Below are positions 26,888 to 27,425 of a DNA stretch of 27,425 nucleotides, piece after piece. Position numbers and translations under genes: made by a program. The notes below the pieces were generated by a model. That model worked only from the letters and a program-made list of their open reading frames with translations, had not been told where the DNA came from and did not search any database. Source of the stretch: Candidatus Firestoneibacteriota bacterium (GTDB lineage Bacteria > Oederibacteriota > D2-FULL-39-29 > JBDRBU01); NCBI GenBank assembly GCA_043822305.1, contig JBDRBU010000064.1, forward strand, positions 1-27,425. Reading direction: 5' to 3'. Position 1 is the stretch's first letter. Each line of letters opens with the position of its first letter.

Positions 26888-27425
26888 AATCCGTACGGGT
26901 TTAATTCCTCGACGCTCTGCGTCGTAATATGATAGAATGGAGGTATGAGTAAATATATACATAAACGTCATAATGTTTCGAAATTGTTGTATCATTTTGT
27001 TTGTCCAGTGAAATATCGTAGAATAGTAATAACGGACAAGATAGATAAAACACTAAAGGAATTATGCATAGAAATAAGTAAAAGATATGAAATGAATTTT
27101 GTTGAGATAGGAGCAGATAATGATCATGTGCATTTTCTTATTCAGTCAGTACCGAATATATCAGCAAGTAAAATAATAATGATTGTAAAAAGTATAATAG
27201 CGAAGGAAATATTTCAATGTCATCCTGAAATAATGGAATCATTATGGGGAGGGAGTTTTTGGACGGCAGGATTTTTTGTAAATACAGTTGGAGCATCTGG
27301 GAACGAAGAAGTAATAAGAAATTATGTTAAAGGGCCGGGGTTGGATTACAAAAAGATATACAGAGATCAAATGAAATTGTTTTAGATTTTGGATACCTCG
27401 ACGCTCTGCGTCGGGGTAATTCATT
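26888..27425 (+). mobile_element. IS200/IS605-family element of IS200 type (tnpA only)
   Basis: Identical 18-mer CCTCGACGCTCTGCGTCG hairpins at 26907-26924 and 27396-27413 flank a Y1 transposase; exact ends approximate. Confidence 0.9.
26945..27385 (+). CDS. tnpA: IS200/IS605 Y1 (HUH) transposase
   Basis: YHFVCPVKYRR, DHVHFL (HUH), LWGGSFW, catalytic Tyr in RNYVK. Confidence 0.95.
   Translation: MSKYIHKRHNVSKLLYHFVCPVKYRRIVITDKIDKTLKELCIEISKRYEMNFVEIGADNDHVHFLIQSVPNISASKIIMIVKSIIAKEIFQCHPEIMESLWGGSFWTAGFFVNTVGASGNEEVIRNYVKGPGLDYKKIYRDQMKLF

Noticed and set aside
1468..27424. Short antisense or nested ORFs in the track (e.g. 1468-1806, 2943-3236, 3665-3976, 13256-13585, 21787-22200, 26768-26995, 27242-27424)
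   Set aside because: They lie opposite or inside well-supported genes, lack RBS and recognisable motifs, and look like shadow ORFs
27386..27425. tnpB or omega-RNA associated with the IS
   Set aside because: The right-end hairpin follows the tnpA stop within about 10 nt, leaving no room for either

Overview
AT-rich (roughly 30% GC by eye) bacterial chromosomal segment from a diderm, LPS-making organism (lpxA, lpxI, secretin, OM beta-barrels). The gene mix suggests an uncultured anaerobic lineage, but the taxon cannot be fixed from sequence alone. All real genes are on + except a phosphohexomutase. Order: OmpA-family protein, CsgG-like/beta-barrel lipoprotein, cpaB, cpaC; a decaying type I-like restriction island (frameshifted hsdR, Bro-N gene, unannotated 5' stub of the methylase); pgm/pmm (-); maf; RHH-RelE toxin-antitoxin; tRNA-fMet; Fe-ADH, alr, lpxA, lpxI, degenerate glycoside-hydrolase-like protein; rplU, rpmA; beta-barrel plus lipoprotein pair; moxR-DUF58-BatA/vWA; two URO-D-like proteins; rmuC; and an IS200-type element at the window end. 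I see no CRISPR array, reverse transcriptase or clearly complete new multi-gene system. The best second-look signals are: several families of short REP-like palindromes at gene junctions, one tandem pair of which encodes the apparent signal peptide of a protein; an L27 lacking the conserved N-terminal His-Lys; the hidden methylase stub; a Gln-to-Pro change in the IS200 catalytic helix; a leaderless pgm promoter; and ECF-like promoters before lipoprotein genes. Family assignments come from motif recognition, not database searches.
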